Part shown: positions 1 through 8,520 of the stretch, piece after piece
How the letters are laid out: the number at the start of each line of letters is the position of its first letter
How positions within the stretch are numbered: position 1 is the stretch's first letter
From: Candidatus Zipacnadia bacterium
GTDB lineage: Bacteria; Armatimonadota; Zipacnadia; Zipacnadales; Zipacnadaceae
NCBI GenBank assembly: GCA_029821455.1
Contig: JALGTI010000024.1
Span: forward strand, 1 to 16,866
DNA length: 16,866 nucleotides
Reading direction: 5' to 3'
Made by a program: the position numbers and the translations under genes
The notes under the pieces: generated by a model
Seen by the model: only the letters and a program-made list of their open reading frames with translations
What the model was told of the DNA's origin: nothing
Database searches by the model: none

Positions 1-77
1 CTGGCCTTGCATAGCTGCGATCACTCCTGTGAACAGTTCTGCCTGTACCACTTCCCCAATTCTAGCACATTTATCCC

Positions 78-104
78 TTGACTTCTACCTCCCCCCGCTA
101 TAAT
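78..104 (+). promoter_or_regulatory. Putative sigma70 promoter for the large glycoside hydrolase gene: TTGACT (78-83), 15-nt spacer, TATAAT (99-104)
   Basis: Near-consensus -35/-10 hexamers read directly in the sequence. The -10 is an AT-rich island in GC-rich DNA. The 15-nt spacer is shorter than optimal. The predicted TSS at ~110 gives a ~57-nt leader to the ATG at 168. Confidence 0.35.
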
Positions 105-167
105 CTAGGGCAGGGTTTTGCACCAGTCTCAAATGACGAAAAGCCAAATGGCAGATCGCGGGTGAAT

Positions 168-3100
168 ATGAGAACCGCTGTCGGAATCTGTTGTCTCTTC
201 CTGATCGTCATGCCGCCCTTCGTCCAGGCGGAAGAGCTGTTCCATCTTTCGTTCGACAGGATGGAGCGAACGCCGGCAAGAGTGAGGCTGCTGCCAGACC
301 AGGCGAAGACCCCGGCAGAGATCCTGATGTCCGATTCGGGCAAACTGGTCAAGGGTATTAATGGCCTGGGCGTCTACATGGACGATCGCGCCGACTATCT
401 GTACTTTGATGGCGGAGGGAATATCCTGCCAGAACAAGGTGCGGTCTCCTTCTGGCTAAGGCCGATGTGGCGCCCGGACGACGGGCGTGACAAGTGCTTC
501 TTCATGGCCAACTTCGACCAGGGATCGATACTTCTCTGGTCCAACTCTCTGAGCTCCATGGTATCGGACAAGGACGGGAAGCAGTCGTACGTTCCGAGCG
601 CCGCCTGTGCCGACACATCTGGTTGGCAAGCAGGCGAGTGGCACCATGTGGTGCTGAACTGGTCGGCCGCAGCCAATCGGCGACAGTTGTTCATCGACGG
701 AGAGGGGCGTGCGCCGGCCGGATACTCCGCACCGGCGGGCGGGTCCCGAGAGGTCTACCTTTCCCCGCCCCCTTCAGACACGTCGGGTCGATACCCGGCC
801 TGCTCGGTGATGGACGAGTTCGCGATCTACGACTGCCCTCTAGACCTAGAAGAGATCCAGGCGCTTCATGAGGCAGGCCGGCAGGCGCTGGCCGGCTTTG
901 TGCCGAGTCCGACGCTGCAGATCAGTGTCTATCCCAACCTGGCCGAAGCAGCGAAGCTTGTCATGTGGCCAAAGCCAAACTACGGTCCGCCGGTCTACAG
1001 CTCTGTCTGCAATGATCCGGAAGATGCAAAGCAGCTGTCCGACTCCGAATGGGGAGCCGCGCGGTACAACGACCTGCGCTCGGTCGGCTGGGTCACCGGA
1101 CGCGTCGTTCTGGACTATGACCTCGGCGCTCTGAAGAGGATTGGGGCGCTGGCAGTAAACATGGGCGCTGGCGGCGCGGGTACTACCTTCCCAGGAAAGG
1201 TCCTTTTCAAGGCTGGGGCTTCCCCGGACCGGTTGACGCTGCTGGGCGAGATCTCGACGGCGGAGCCATATCCGAATCCTAAGCACCCCAAGTGGCGAGG
1301 CCGAACGGTGGGTCTCGACGGCCTCGATGACCACGCTCGATTCGTTACAGTGGAGATCGACGGCGCGGTCTTCTTGGATGAGGTTCTCATCGTTGAGAAG
1401 GGGGCCAAGCCAGCCCTTCGGCGCGTGGAGGTCGAGCTGCCGGGGAAGCCCGTGGAGGCGGCCGCTGAACAGAAGGAGCTTGCCAGCGGGCCCCCAGAGG
1501 GCAAATGGCAGATCAAGCTGCGCAACGCAGAAACCAGGCTTTTCCCGGAGGATGAGCTTGTCGTGGAGGCAGTCTACACGGGCCCAGTGCCGCCGAAGCA
1601 CATCGATCTGGCCTACACATCGGAGATGCTCGTGCGGGGCGATAGCATCTACAGCAAGTCACCAAGCGGCGGCCTGAGCAGAACCCCGATCAACTCGGAG
1701 ATGAGAACTGTCATGGAGGGGAGCAAGACCCTCCAGTTGGGCGGCGTTGAGAACGACGTGTCGCGAGCCACGCTCGCGTTGCCACTCACCGCAAATCCGT
1801 ACGGGCTCTTCTATCTGACGGTGGCCGCTCTAGACGAGGAGGGGAATGAGCTGGCCACGGGGACCTTCCCATACGAGGTCTTGGTCAGGCTGCCAAAGGC
1901 GAAGCCCAACAACATCGCCGGATATGATGGCCACGGGTGGATATACGCCTGGCATGCGTTCGACAGCCCCAGCAACAAGCCCAACGACTCCCATGACCGG
2001 TTCCTGCTGGACTATGGCCATTCGTGGACCCACCCTCGCACGCAATGGCCGCAGATCCACCGCAAGCCTGGTGACATGGAGCGGAGGCGATTTGACATCC
2101 TGGACCTCTGGGTGGATTCCGCACGGAAGCAAGATGCCAGAATCGTCATGTGCCTAGCCGACGCCATCCCCAAGGCGATCTATGAGGACGGCTCACTATT
2201 CGAGCCCATGTTCCGTGAGTGGGCCGAAGCGCTGATGAGCCGCTACGGTGACAAGGTGGCCGTGTGGGACGTCTGGAACGAGCCGGACTCGAAGAGCTAC
2301 GCCCAGACGGACGATCGGGACATCCTCGCAATGAAGATCGTCCATGAGCTGAAAGAGAAGCACTCCCCAGGGTCGGCTGTGATCGTCAGCGCACACACGA
2401 GTCTCGGTCTGAACTATGTGAAGCGGATCCTGGACAAGGGCGCCGGACGCTATCTTGACGGCATCGGCCTGCACCCATACCGCGGGCTGGCCCCGGAAAT
2501 CCCGGAAGCCGACGGGTATGCGGGCAACCCAACAGGTATGCGGACCTTGATGTCCTCTCTCGCCCACGCCAGAGAGATGCTCTTGGAGTATCGTGTGGAG
2601 CCGGCCGACATCTACATCACGGAGGCCAACTACGCGCTGAACCTGGTTCCACAGTATGATGACAACGACCAGGCGAACTTCATGGTCCGCATGACCATTC
2701 TGGCGTGGACGACGGACTACGTCAAGTGCTTGCTTCACCACGCATTTGGAAACGGCCGATTAGCGCCGTCAGCCTATCCGAATATGGTCCGGCACATGAT
2801 GGACACCGCGTTCTGGAAGAAGCTCGACGCCGGCGACGCGGAGATCTACGCCTACGCCTTCCGCAAGGGCGATGGCCGCGTGATCATCCCGCTATGGTCA
2901 ATCAAAGCGGACAAGCTGGTGCGAGTGACCGGCCTCGCCGGGAAACCAATAGTCACTGACATCTACGGCAACGAGCTCCGCATCGAGTATGACGCCGAAG
3001 CAACGGCTGTGGACTTCCTGCAGATATCTCAGGCGCCGACCTACATAGACGCTCCGAGGGGCAGTGACCCTACTGTCACGGCCTCCCGGCGGCTCGAGAT

Positions 3101-4472
3101 CGAGGCTACGGACACAATCGACAGGGGGAGCATTCTTGCGCTGGCCGCCGAGGTCAAGTCTCTGCCCGTTGAGAAGGCGATGCTGACGCTCCAGTCGGCC
3201 GCGGGTTGGAGACCGCCGAGCGTCTCTTACGAGGTGACCGGTCCGGGACGCTTCCCTTTCAATCTTCAGACGCCGTCGACGGCCGACCCCGGCACGTACC
3301 CGGTTGTCATCTCACTGACGGATGAGAGTGGACGCATGCTGGGCGTTGCGAGCCACGAGGTGCAGATCGTGCTGCCCCAAGCAGAGCTCGAGCGGAAATA
3401 TGGGATCGTGCTATCCGCCGACTTCGAGCGCAATGGACTTGCCGACTGGCAGGTGCAAGAGAACCCGCAGTACGACGTCCGCGTTGCAGAAGAGGAGGAG
3501 AACCGCGTTCTGCGCATCACTCAGAAGGGCGTTGACTACGCCGCTGCAGTTAACCGGCTCACCCCACGCGTCAAATACGGCGCCCTGGAATTCGATATCA
3601 AGGCATCGGCGATGAAGCAGTCGCTCACTGTGCATCTCGGCGAGATGACCCTGGAATTCGACGGGAAGCAATCTGTCGGCATGCTCGACAGAGCCGGCAA
3701 GATGAGCAAAGCCGGCGGCTACGAATTCGGGAGGTGGCACCGCGTGCGGATCTTCTTTGCCGCTCCGGAAGGGTGGTGCCGGTTGTGGCTTGACGCCAAG
3801 TTCCTGGGGCAGCTCTCGGTTCCGGCCAATCCGGACGGCTACGCGGAAGTCCGGTTCCTGTCGGGAACACAGTCTACGGGCAAGCCCGCGGTGTTTTGCA
3901 TCGACAATGCTCGTCTGATCAGAGTCGAGCCAACCTCGCTCGACGGGAAGACGCCGCTGCGATGGACCATCTGCGGACCGTTCTCCAATCGCATCGACCC
4001 GCAGACTATGAAGCGCCCGTTCGAGATCGGCACCGATTACCTGGCACCAGCAGGCGGCGAGCCGCAGCTTGACCCATACCCGGGGTTGACTGTCCCGGAC
4101 GGCGCCGGCGATCACCGGGAGTTCCATGCGTTCTACGAATCGAAGCACACCCAGAGCGGCGGGCTGGTGGATTTCTTCACGGTCAAGGACCTAGGATTGC
4201 ACCCCGACCAGGGGGACATCCTCTGCTATGCTGGGGCCTTCGTGATCAGCCCCGACGAGAAGGAGGCAACGATCGGCATCGGGAGCGACGACGGATACGT
4301 GTTGTGGGTCAACCATGAGCGGATCGGCACGTTCAACGCGTGGCCCACAGGGCGAGGAACGGGCGGACCGCAAGAGCACTACAAAGTGAGGCTCCGCATG
4401 GGACTGAACCTGATACTTCTCAAGGTCGATCAGGGCAGCGGGGCCTACAAGTTCTTCTTTGCAATCAGATGA
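168..4472 (+). CDS. Secreted multidomain glycoside hydrolase (clan GH-A TIM barrel) with two LamG/ConA-like lectin domains and a C-terminal PA14-like domain
   Basis: This is the longest ORF in the window (78..4472), with the start placed at the in-frame ATG at 168. That ATG opens a classical Sec signal peptide, MRTAVGICCLFLIVMPPFVQA|EE.
- N-terminal region: Laminin_G_3-like motifs (AVSFWLRPMW ... GEWHHVVLNWS ... LFIDGEG).
- Central region: a GH clan A acid/base motif VWDVWNEPD and a nucleophile motif IYITEANYA about 115 aa later.
- Second LamG-like block: GRWHRVRIFFAAPEG.
- C-terminus: IGSDDGYVLWVNHERIG, typical of PA14.
Shadow ORFs on the opposite strand are disregarded. Confidence 0.85.
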   Translation: MRTAVGICCLFLIVMPPFVQAEELFHLSFDRMERTPARVRLLPDQAKTPAEILMSDSGKLVKGINGLGVYMDDRADYLYFDGGGNILPEQGAVSFWLRPMWRPDDGRDKCFFMANFDQGSILLWSNSLSSMVSDKDGKQSYVPSAACADTSGWQAGEWHHVVLNWSAAANRRQLFIDGEGRAPAGYSAPAGGSREVYLSPPPSDTSGRYPACSVMDEFAIYDCPLDLEEIQALHEAGRQALAGFVPSPTLQISVYPNLAEAAKLVMWPKPNYGPPVYSSVCNDPEDAKQLSDSEWGAARYNDLRSVGWVTGRVVLDYDLGALKRIGALAVNMGAGGAGTTFPGKVLFKAGASPDRLTLLGEISTAEPYPNPKHPKWRGRTVGLDGLDDHARFVTVEIDGAVFLDEVLIVEKGAKPALRRVEVELPGKPVEAAAEQKELASGPPEGKWQIKLRNAETRLFPEDELVVEAVYTGPVPPKHIDLAYTSEMLVRGDSIYSKSPSGGLSRTPINSEMRTVMEGSKTLQLGGVENDVSRATLALPLTANPYGLFYLTVAALDEEGNELATGTFPYEVLVRLPKAKPNNIAGYDGHGWIYAWHAFDSPSNKPNDSHDRFLLDYGHSWTHPRTQWPQIHRKPGDMERRRFDILDLWVDSARKQDARIVMCLADAIPKAIYEDGSLFEPMFREWAEALMSRYGDKVAVWDVWNEPDSKSYAQTDDRDILAMKIVHELKEKHSPGSAVIVSAHTSLGLNYVKRILDKGAGRYLDGIGLHPYRGLAPEIPEADGYAGNPTGMRTLMSSLAHAREMLLEYRVEPADIYITEANYALNLVPQYDDNDQANFMVRMTILAWTTDYVKCLLHHAFGNGRLAPSAYPNMVRHMMDTAFWKKLDAGDAEIYAYAFRKGDGRVIIPLWSIKADKLVRVTGLAGKPIVTDIYGNELRIEYDAEATAVDFLQISQAPTYIDAPRGSDPTVTASRRLEIEATDTIDRGSILALAAEVKSLPVEKAMLTLQSAAGWRPPSVSYEVTGPGRFPFNLQTPSTADPGTYPVVISLTDESGRMLGVASHEVQIVLPQAELERKYGIVLSADFERNGLADWQVQENPQYDVRVAEEEENRVLRITQKGVDYAAAVNRLTPRVKYGALEFDIKASAMKQSLTVHLGEMTLEFDGKQSVGMLDRAGKMSKAGGYEFGRWHRVRIFFAAPEGWCRLWLDAKFLGQLSVPANPDGYAEVRFLSGTQSTGKPAVFCIDNARLIRVEPTSLDGKTPLRWTICGPFSNRIDPQTMKRPFEIGTDYLAPAGGEPQLDPYPGLTVPDGAGDHREFHAFYESKHTQSGGLVDFFTVKDLGLHPDQGDILCYAGAFVISPDEKEATIGIGSDDGYVLWVNHERIGTFNAWPTGRGTGGPQEHYKVRLRMGLNLILLKVDQGSGAYKFFFAIR

Positions 4473-4697
4473 TCTGAGCCAGGGGGTGCCTGTTCCTCGG
4501 AGTAACTCCATCCAGCGCCGAATTTCGGGCATAGCAGGAGATCAGGCTTGGTCAATGGGAAGTGACCATCCCCAGTGTTTCCTGACCCTTGTCTGCCTTT
4601 GGGGGTTGCTGGGGCTTAATTCGCCTTCTTGAGGTATGAATAGTGAAATTAGCGTCTCCATCGTCAGCAACGCGCTGAAGGAGATTGAGGGCCGATC

Positions 4698-5039
4698 TCA
4701 CCATTTCGGCGCTTCCTCCAACTGGTAAGATGTCCCGCAGTAGGGGCACTCGACGAAGATGCCGCCCTCGCGCACGTGAACGCTGTCCTTATCCAGAGAT
4801 GCTCCGCAGGAATTACAGATCATCTCTTCCGGAGTGATGTCGCCGGAGAGGTCAATCTCCTGGATGATGCGCTGGTCAGGGACCTTGGAGCGGGCAAACT
4901 TGGCGATGAAAAGAGCGGTCCCAATCAGCACGAGGCCAATGATCAAACGAGGCACCGTGTTTCCTGCGGCGCAGGCAATCAGGAAGACTATTCCCGCCAG
5001 GCCGAGGACGCCGCTGAGCAAGTAGGCTGCTGCTTTCAC
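4698..5039 (-). CDS. Small membrane protein (2 predicted TM helices) with a C-terminal CxxC...CxxC zinc ribbon
   Basis: 113-aa ORF with two hydrophobic helices (AAYLLSGVLGLAGIVFLIACAA; LIIGLVLIGTALFIAKF), then a soluble tail with CNSCGASL...ECPYCGTSY. It lies 67 nt downstream of the SPFH gene on the same strand. No strong SD is seen, so translation may be coupled or weakly initiated. Confidence 0.65.
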   Translation of the reverse strand: MKAAAYLLSGVLGLAGIVFLIACAAGNTVPRLIIGLVLIGTALFIAKFARSKVPDQRIIQEIDLSGDITPEEMICNSCGASLDKDSVHVREGGIFVECPYCGTSYQLEEAPKW

Positions 5040-5106
5040 TGGTCACCGGGCGCTGGATGAACTGTTCAGCCCGTCTCCTTTCTCAGGATAGATGCCCAAG
5101 CGCCGG

Positions 5107-6195
5107 TTACTCTGTACTTTCGGGTTCCTCGGCGGCCGCTTGCAGAGAGTGCCCGCACTCAGGGCAGAACTTGGCTCCAGGCGGCATCTGGGCCCCACAT
5201 TCGGGGCAGAAGCCTCCGGCCAGAGAGTGCCCGCAATTGGGGCAGAATTTGGCGCCAGCAGGCGCTATAGCCTGACATTGTGGACAGACCGGCCCCTGCG
5301 GCACTGGTGCCGGCTGGCCGGCCTGTTGCTGACCGCCCTGCTGCTGGAAGGCCCCCGTCAGCGCCCCGACCATTGCCGCGCCCATCCCGACTCCCGCTCC
5401 GAGGCCTGCGCCCGCCGCTGCCGGACCTCCAGCACCGCCATCGGCTCTCGGCATATCACGGATGGCACGGGCAGTCTGGTACCTGACGAACCTGTCCATA
5501 TCCCCAGCCGCCTCCATCCCAGCCCGCTCGTCTATCATCTCCTCAACTTCCGCTGGCGGCGTTATTGCGTCCAATATGAAGTCAATCAACTCAATGCCGT
5601 AGCGGTCAAAGTCGGTGACCAGCTTTGACCTGACAGCGACCGCAAATTCGGAGTACACCTCAGGGAGGTCGAGGATGGTGTCAATCTGCTCGCCGAGGGT
5701 GTCGTTGAATCGCGCAACAATGAAGTCACGCAGCCAAGCCCCCACATCATCCTGGGTGTAGAGATGCTCGGTGCCCACCACTCCATTGACGAAGAGCTGA
5801 GGGTTGTCAATCCGCATTGTGTACAGGCCGTGAGCCCGCAGGCGGATCATCGCAAATTCAGAATCACGGAACGGCACAGGGCTGGGCGTACCCCATTTCA
5901 TATTGGTGAAGGTCCGCATGTTCACAAAATAGACCTCCGCCTGGAACGGCGTGGTACCCTCGAAGGGGATGTTGATGACATCCTGCACGAACGGCAGGTT
6001 GAGAGCGGTGAGGGTATGCCGACCTGGACCGAGAACATCCAGGGCTTGTCCGTCACGGAAGAAAACAGCCGCCTGGCTCTCACGCACCGTCAGTTGCGCG
6101 CCAAGACTGACCTCGCCGGGGCCTTCCTCAGGCCAGCGGTGCACAATCTCTTCGCCAGTAACATCGCGCCATTCGATTACCTGTATCCCACGCAT
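5107..6195 (-). CDS. SPFH/Band-7 family protein (Band_7_1, YdjI/COG4260-like) with two C-terminal tandem double zinc ribbons
   Basis: The N-terminus MRGIQVIEWRD...LGAQLTVRESQAAVFFRDGQALDVLGPGRHTL matches the Band_7_1 pattern (IEW.D ... L.VRESQ.AVF..G). A G/A/Q-rich low-complexity linker follows. The C-terminus is VCPQCQAIAPAGAKFCPNCGHSL + FCPECGAQMPPGAKFCPECGHSL. A GGAGG RBS sits 9 nt upstream of the ATG (on the minus strand). Confidence 0.85.
   Translation of the reverse strand: MRGIQVIEWRDVTGEEIVHRWPEEGPGEVSLGAQLTVRESQAAVFFRDGQALDVLGPGRHTLTALNLPFVQDVINIPFEGTTPFQAEVYFVNMRTFTNMKWGTPSPVPFRDSEFAMIRLRAHGLYTMRIDNPQLFVNGVVGTEHLYTQDDVGAWLRDFIVARFNDTLGEQIDTILDLPEVYSEFAVAVRSKLVTDFDRYGIELIDFILDAITPPAEVEEMIDERAGMEAAGDMDRFVRYQTARAIRDMPRADGGAGGPAAAGAGLGAGVGMGAAMVGALTGAFQQQGGQQQAGQPAPVPQGPVCPQCQAIAPAGAKFCPNCGHSLAGGFCPECGAQMPPGAKFCPECGHSLQAAAEEPESTE
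5143..5289. repeat. Intragenic tandem duplication (2 x ~78 bp, with 39-bp sub-periodicity) encoding the duplicated zinc-ribbon units of the SPFH protein
   Basis: The unit starting cagagagtgcccgca is found at ~5143 and ~5221. The GGGCAGAA-type knuckle-coding motif recurs four times at ~39-bp spacing. The repeat is coding, in frame, and inside CDS 5107..6195. Confidence 0.7.
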
Positions 6196-6356
6196 ATCAA
6201 CTCGCCTCCATCTTCAGAATTGACGGCCATAATCTAGCAAGTTTTGCATAAGCGCAAGTTACCAAATCACGTCCCGTAGGCTGCGCAGGCAGGATGCCCG
6301 CGCTACCCAAGGAATGCCTGCTCTACATTTATACAAATGTCGGTAGAGCGCCATTC

Positions 6357-6878
6357 CTATTGTGGAACCAACCGGGCGGTTACCTCCTCGCGCTTGTCCA
6401 CTGCATCACTCAGTTCCTTGATAGCGGCGAGTGTTCCCTCTACAAACTCTACCACGTTCTCCTCCTCGGCCTGAGCCAGAGCCGCAATAGAATTGCCAAT
6501 CTGAGCAATTTGCTGGCGTAGATCCAGATCATAGTCATAGAGGGCATCAAGCTCGGCCTCTTTGATCTTGGCTGCGTCAAACCAGCCCGTATAGCCGTAA
6601 TCTGCGAACCTGATCGTATCTCGCACCTTGCCGAGCCGGTTGCGGACGCGGTCGAGATCGTCGAGGTGCTCCAGGCCCTTGCTGCGGGACCACTCAGCAA
6701 CCAGCTCGTTGAGGTCCTCTCGGATGTCATCGAGCAGCCCGACCAGGTACTCGCGGACCATCTGGTCAGCCTTGCGGCGGATCTGGCGCTCGCGATAGCC
6801 AGAAAAGCCTGGAATATAGCTCATCAGCTTCTGTAAGGAGCCCTCATCCTCTACAATGCGCTTTCTCATATCAGTCAT
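6357..6878 (-). CDS. Hypothetical highly charged, predicted all-alpha-helical cytoplasmic protein (173 aa), upstream partner of the SPFH gene
   Basis: 173-aa ORF with a GGAG 7-8 nt upstream of the ATG (minus strand). It has no TM segment or signal peptide, an R/K-rich N-terminal half and an acidic C-terminal half (DYDLDL, AQAEEENVVEF). No family-diagnostic motif was recognised. It lies 160 bp upstream of the SPFH gene on the same strand. Confidence 0.6.
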   Translation of the reverse strand: MTDMRKRIVEDEGSLQKLMSYIPGFSGYRERQIRRKADQMVREYLVGLLDDIREDLNELVAEWSRSKGLEHLDDLDRVRNRLGKVRDTIRFADYGYTGWFDAAKIKEAELDALYDYDLDLRQQIAQIGNSIAALAQAEEENVVEFVEGTLAAIKELSDAVDKREEVTARLVPQ

Positions 6879-7008
6879 CAGTATCGCTCCGTTCGCGGCT
6901 TTGTGGCGCCAGCTTGGTCACAACTACATAGTTCGCTGCCAACTGGCAATTCTCGCCCGTGACATTGTACAATAATTCGTCGGCGGAGGCAATCATTTAT
7001 CGCCAGGA

Positions 7009-8403
7009 TCACAGTGCCACTGGCCCAAACACAGGGCACGGCAAGCCGGCGCTGTCCCGGAGGCCGACGGTCGGATTGCCCCCGCGACCGTACCACAGAA
7101 CGGCGCCACCCGGCAACGGGTCGCGCAAGCCTAGCAACACAGTATGCCGGTCCTCCACCTTGCGGGTGGGGATTGGTATCTGAACCCCCTCAGCCTCGAT
7201 GCTAAAGCCCCAGAAGCCCGACTTCGGCCTAAGCGTCCCGTTCACTGAATTGAACTTGACTGCCACCCAGCGGCGATCCTTGCTCACCCTCGCGCTCTTG
7301 AAGCGAGGCCCAATCTGCTTCTGCCTGTCGCCGTATACGAGCCGGTCGGCCAGGTGTGCCAGCCGGACGGCCAACATCTTTTGGCTGCGGGTGCTTATGT
7401 GAATGCTATCACACAGGTCTAAATCAGCGGCCGCCACGGTGGCGACATTGGGCAAGTCGGCCTCGACCGCGATCTGGGCAGCCTGGACCTTGTTCCAATG
7501 CGGGAATGCGTCTTCGCCACTGCCGTGAGGCCCAAGTTGCACCTGAAGCCAGGGCAGCCGCGGCTGTTTTAGGTCTTTGCGCACTGCTTCGATGAGCGCC
7601 CTTAGATCGGCACGATAGCGCAAGCCTTCATCGGTTTGAGCGTCTGACTCCCCTTGGTACCACAGGCAGGCTGCCACCCGCCCTCCCACAGCTTTCACGC
7701 GCCGAATCATAGATCCGTATAGCGACTTATCACCCTGCTTGAGTTCTGAGGGACGCCATTCGGCCAAGCTAGTGCCCCCCTGGGAGCAGGCAATTAGGCC
7801 AATCGGTACGCCGTGACGTTTGTGGATTTCCTTACCAAAGCGTACGCCCAGGCCCGCCCCGTATGATCGGAAGTCGCGGTCCTGCTGTACCGCGATTTCC
7901 CGATCCTGGCCATCTAGCCGCCAGTGAATAGGATCAATGGCCTCATTGTAGCGGCACAGAGGGTCTCGGGCGATATCCCAGTAATCATTAAAGTAGAAGC
8001 AGTGGACCATTCTGGAAGGCGGCTCAGTATTGACTAGCTTCCCGCAGCCATCCATATTGGACTGCCCGGCAAGGATGTACAAGTCACCCACGAGAATGTC
8101 ATCTACGCTGGCGACTTGCCTGCCGATACGTACCTGCAGTTGATAAGGGCCACCTGTCGGAACGCCCCCAGCGACGCCCTTGAATCGTCCCCCTTTGAGA
8201 GTGCCGATCCGCTCCCAGGATGCATGCCTGCCCGACTTGCCCATTGGGAGTACTCGCGCGTAAATCTCGCTGCCACGCGGCGCCTCTGCGGACAGGTCTG
8301 TGGGGATCGCTCCCAAGCCGTTCCTGTTGCGCTGGATAACGGAATGTGCGGCGGGTATGTGCAAAATCACGTACACTACCTCCCTGAAGCGAGTGTGGGG
8401 CAC
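7009..8403 (-). CDS. Sialate O-acetylesterase-like SGNH hydrolase (SASA/DUF303 family carbohydrate esterase)
   Basis: Contains LAGQSNMDG (the SGNH catalytic Ser block) preceded by the characteristic N-terminal beta-domain pattern (HSVIQRN ... GGPYQLQV ... DILVGDLYILAGQSNM). A GTG start at 8403 was accepted, so the exact start is uncertain. No signal peptide is evident. Confidence 0.8.
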   Translation of the reverse strand: MPHTRFREVVYVILHIPAAHSVIQRNRNGLGAIPTDLSAEAPRGSEIYARVLPMGKSGRHASWERIGTLKGGRFKGVAGGVPTGGPYQLQVRIGRQVASVDDILVGDLYILAGQSNMDGCGKLVNTEPPSRMVHCFYFNDYWDIARDPLCRYNEAIDPIHWRLDGQDREIAVQQDRDFRSYGAGLGVRFGKEIHKRHGVPIGLIACSQGGTSLAEWRPSELKQGDKSLYGSMIRRVKAVGGRVAACLWYQGESDAQTDEGLRYRADLRALIEAVRKDLKQPRLPWLQVQLGPHGSGEDAFPHWNKVQAAQIAVEADLPNVATVAAADLDLCDSIHISTRSQKMLAVRLAHLADRLVYGDRQKQIGPRFKSARVSKDRRWVAVKFNSVNGTLRPKSGFWGFSIEAEGVQIPIPTRKVEDRHTVLLGLRDPLPGGAVLWYGRGGNPTVGLRDSAGLPCPVFGPVAL

Positions 8404-8520
8404 GTCGCTCTGAAGACTCGTTCTTTCGCCACAGAACTACTGATAACCTGCAGTACGTTCCGATAGGGATCGGGTAATGTGCACGAGTGGGTCAGGCGGA
8501 TGAAGTAGCGCCTGCCGTAC

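Noticed and set aside
846-1601. Long antisense shadow ORFs (this one and others at 3411..4148 -, 2196..2741 -, 5092..5628 +, 5764..6237 +, 10865..11398 +, 14313..14747 -, 15598..16206 -)
   Set aside because: They lie entirely inside stronger ORFs that have recognisable domains, on the opposite strand or in another frame. This is a typical open-frame artefact of GC-rich DNA, and no motifs were seen.
4555-4632. 25-codon hydrophobic mini-ORF (MGSDHPQCFLTLVCLWGLLGLNSPS) in the 225-bp convergent gap between the GH gene and the membrane zinc-ribbon gene
   Set aside because: It is very short, has only a distant AGGAG, and has no supporting motif. It could be chance. No convincing bidirectional terminator was found in this gap either.
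5143-5289. Possibility that the 78/39-bp periodic repeat is a CRISPR array or a minisatellite
   Set aside because: The repeat is in frame within a CDS and encodes CxxC zinc knuckles. It has no spacer/repeat alternation and no cas genes nearby.
6878-7096. 72-aa ORF on the minus strand between the esterase and the SPFH-module genes
   Set aside because: It overlaps the 3' end of the esterase CDS and the intergenic region, has no RBS, and has a low-complexity Arg/Pro-rich translation.
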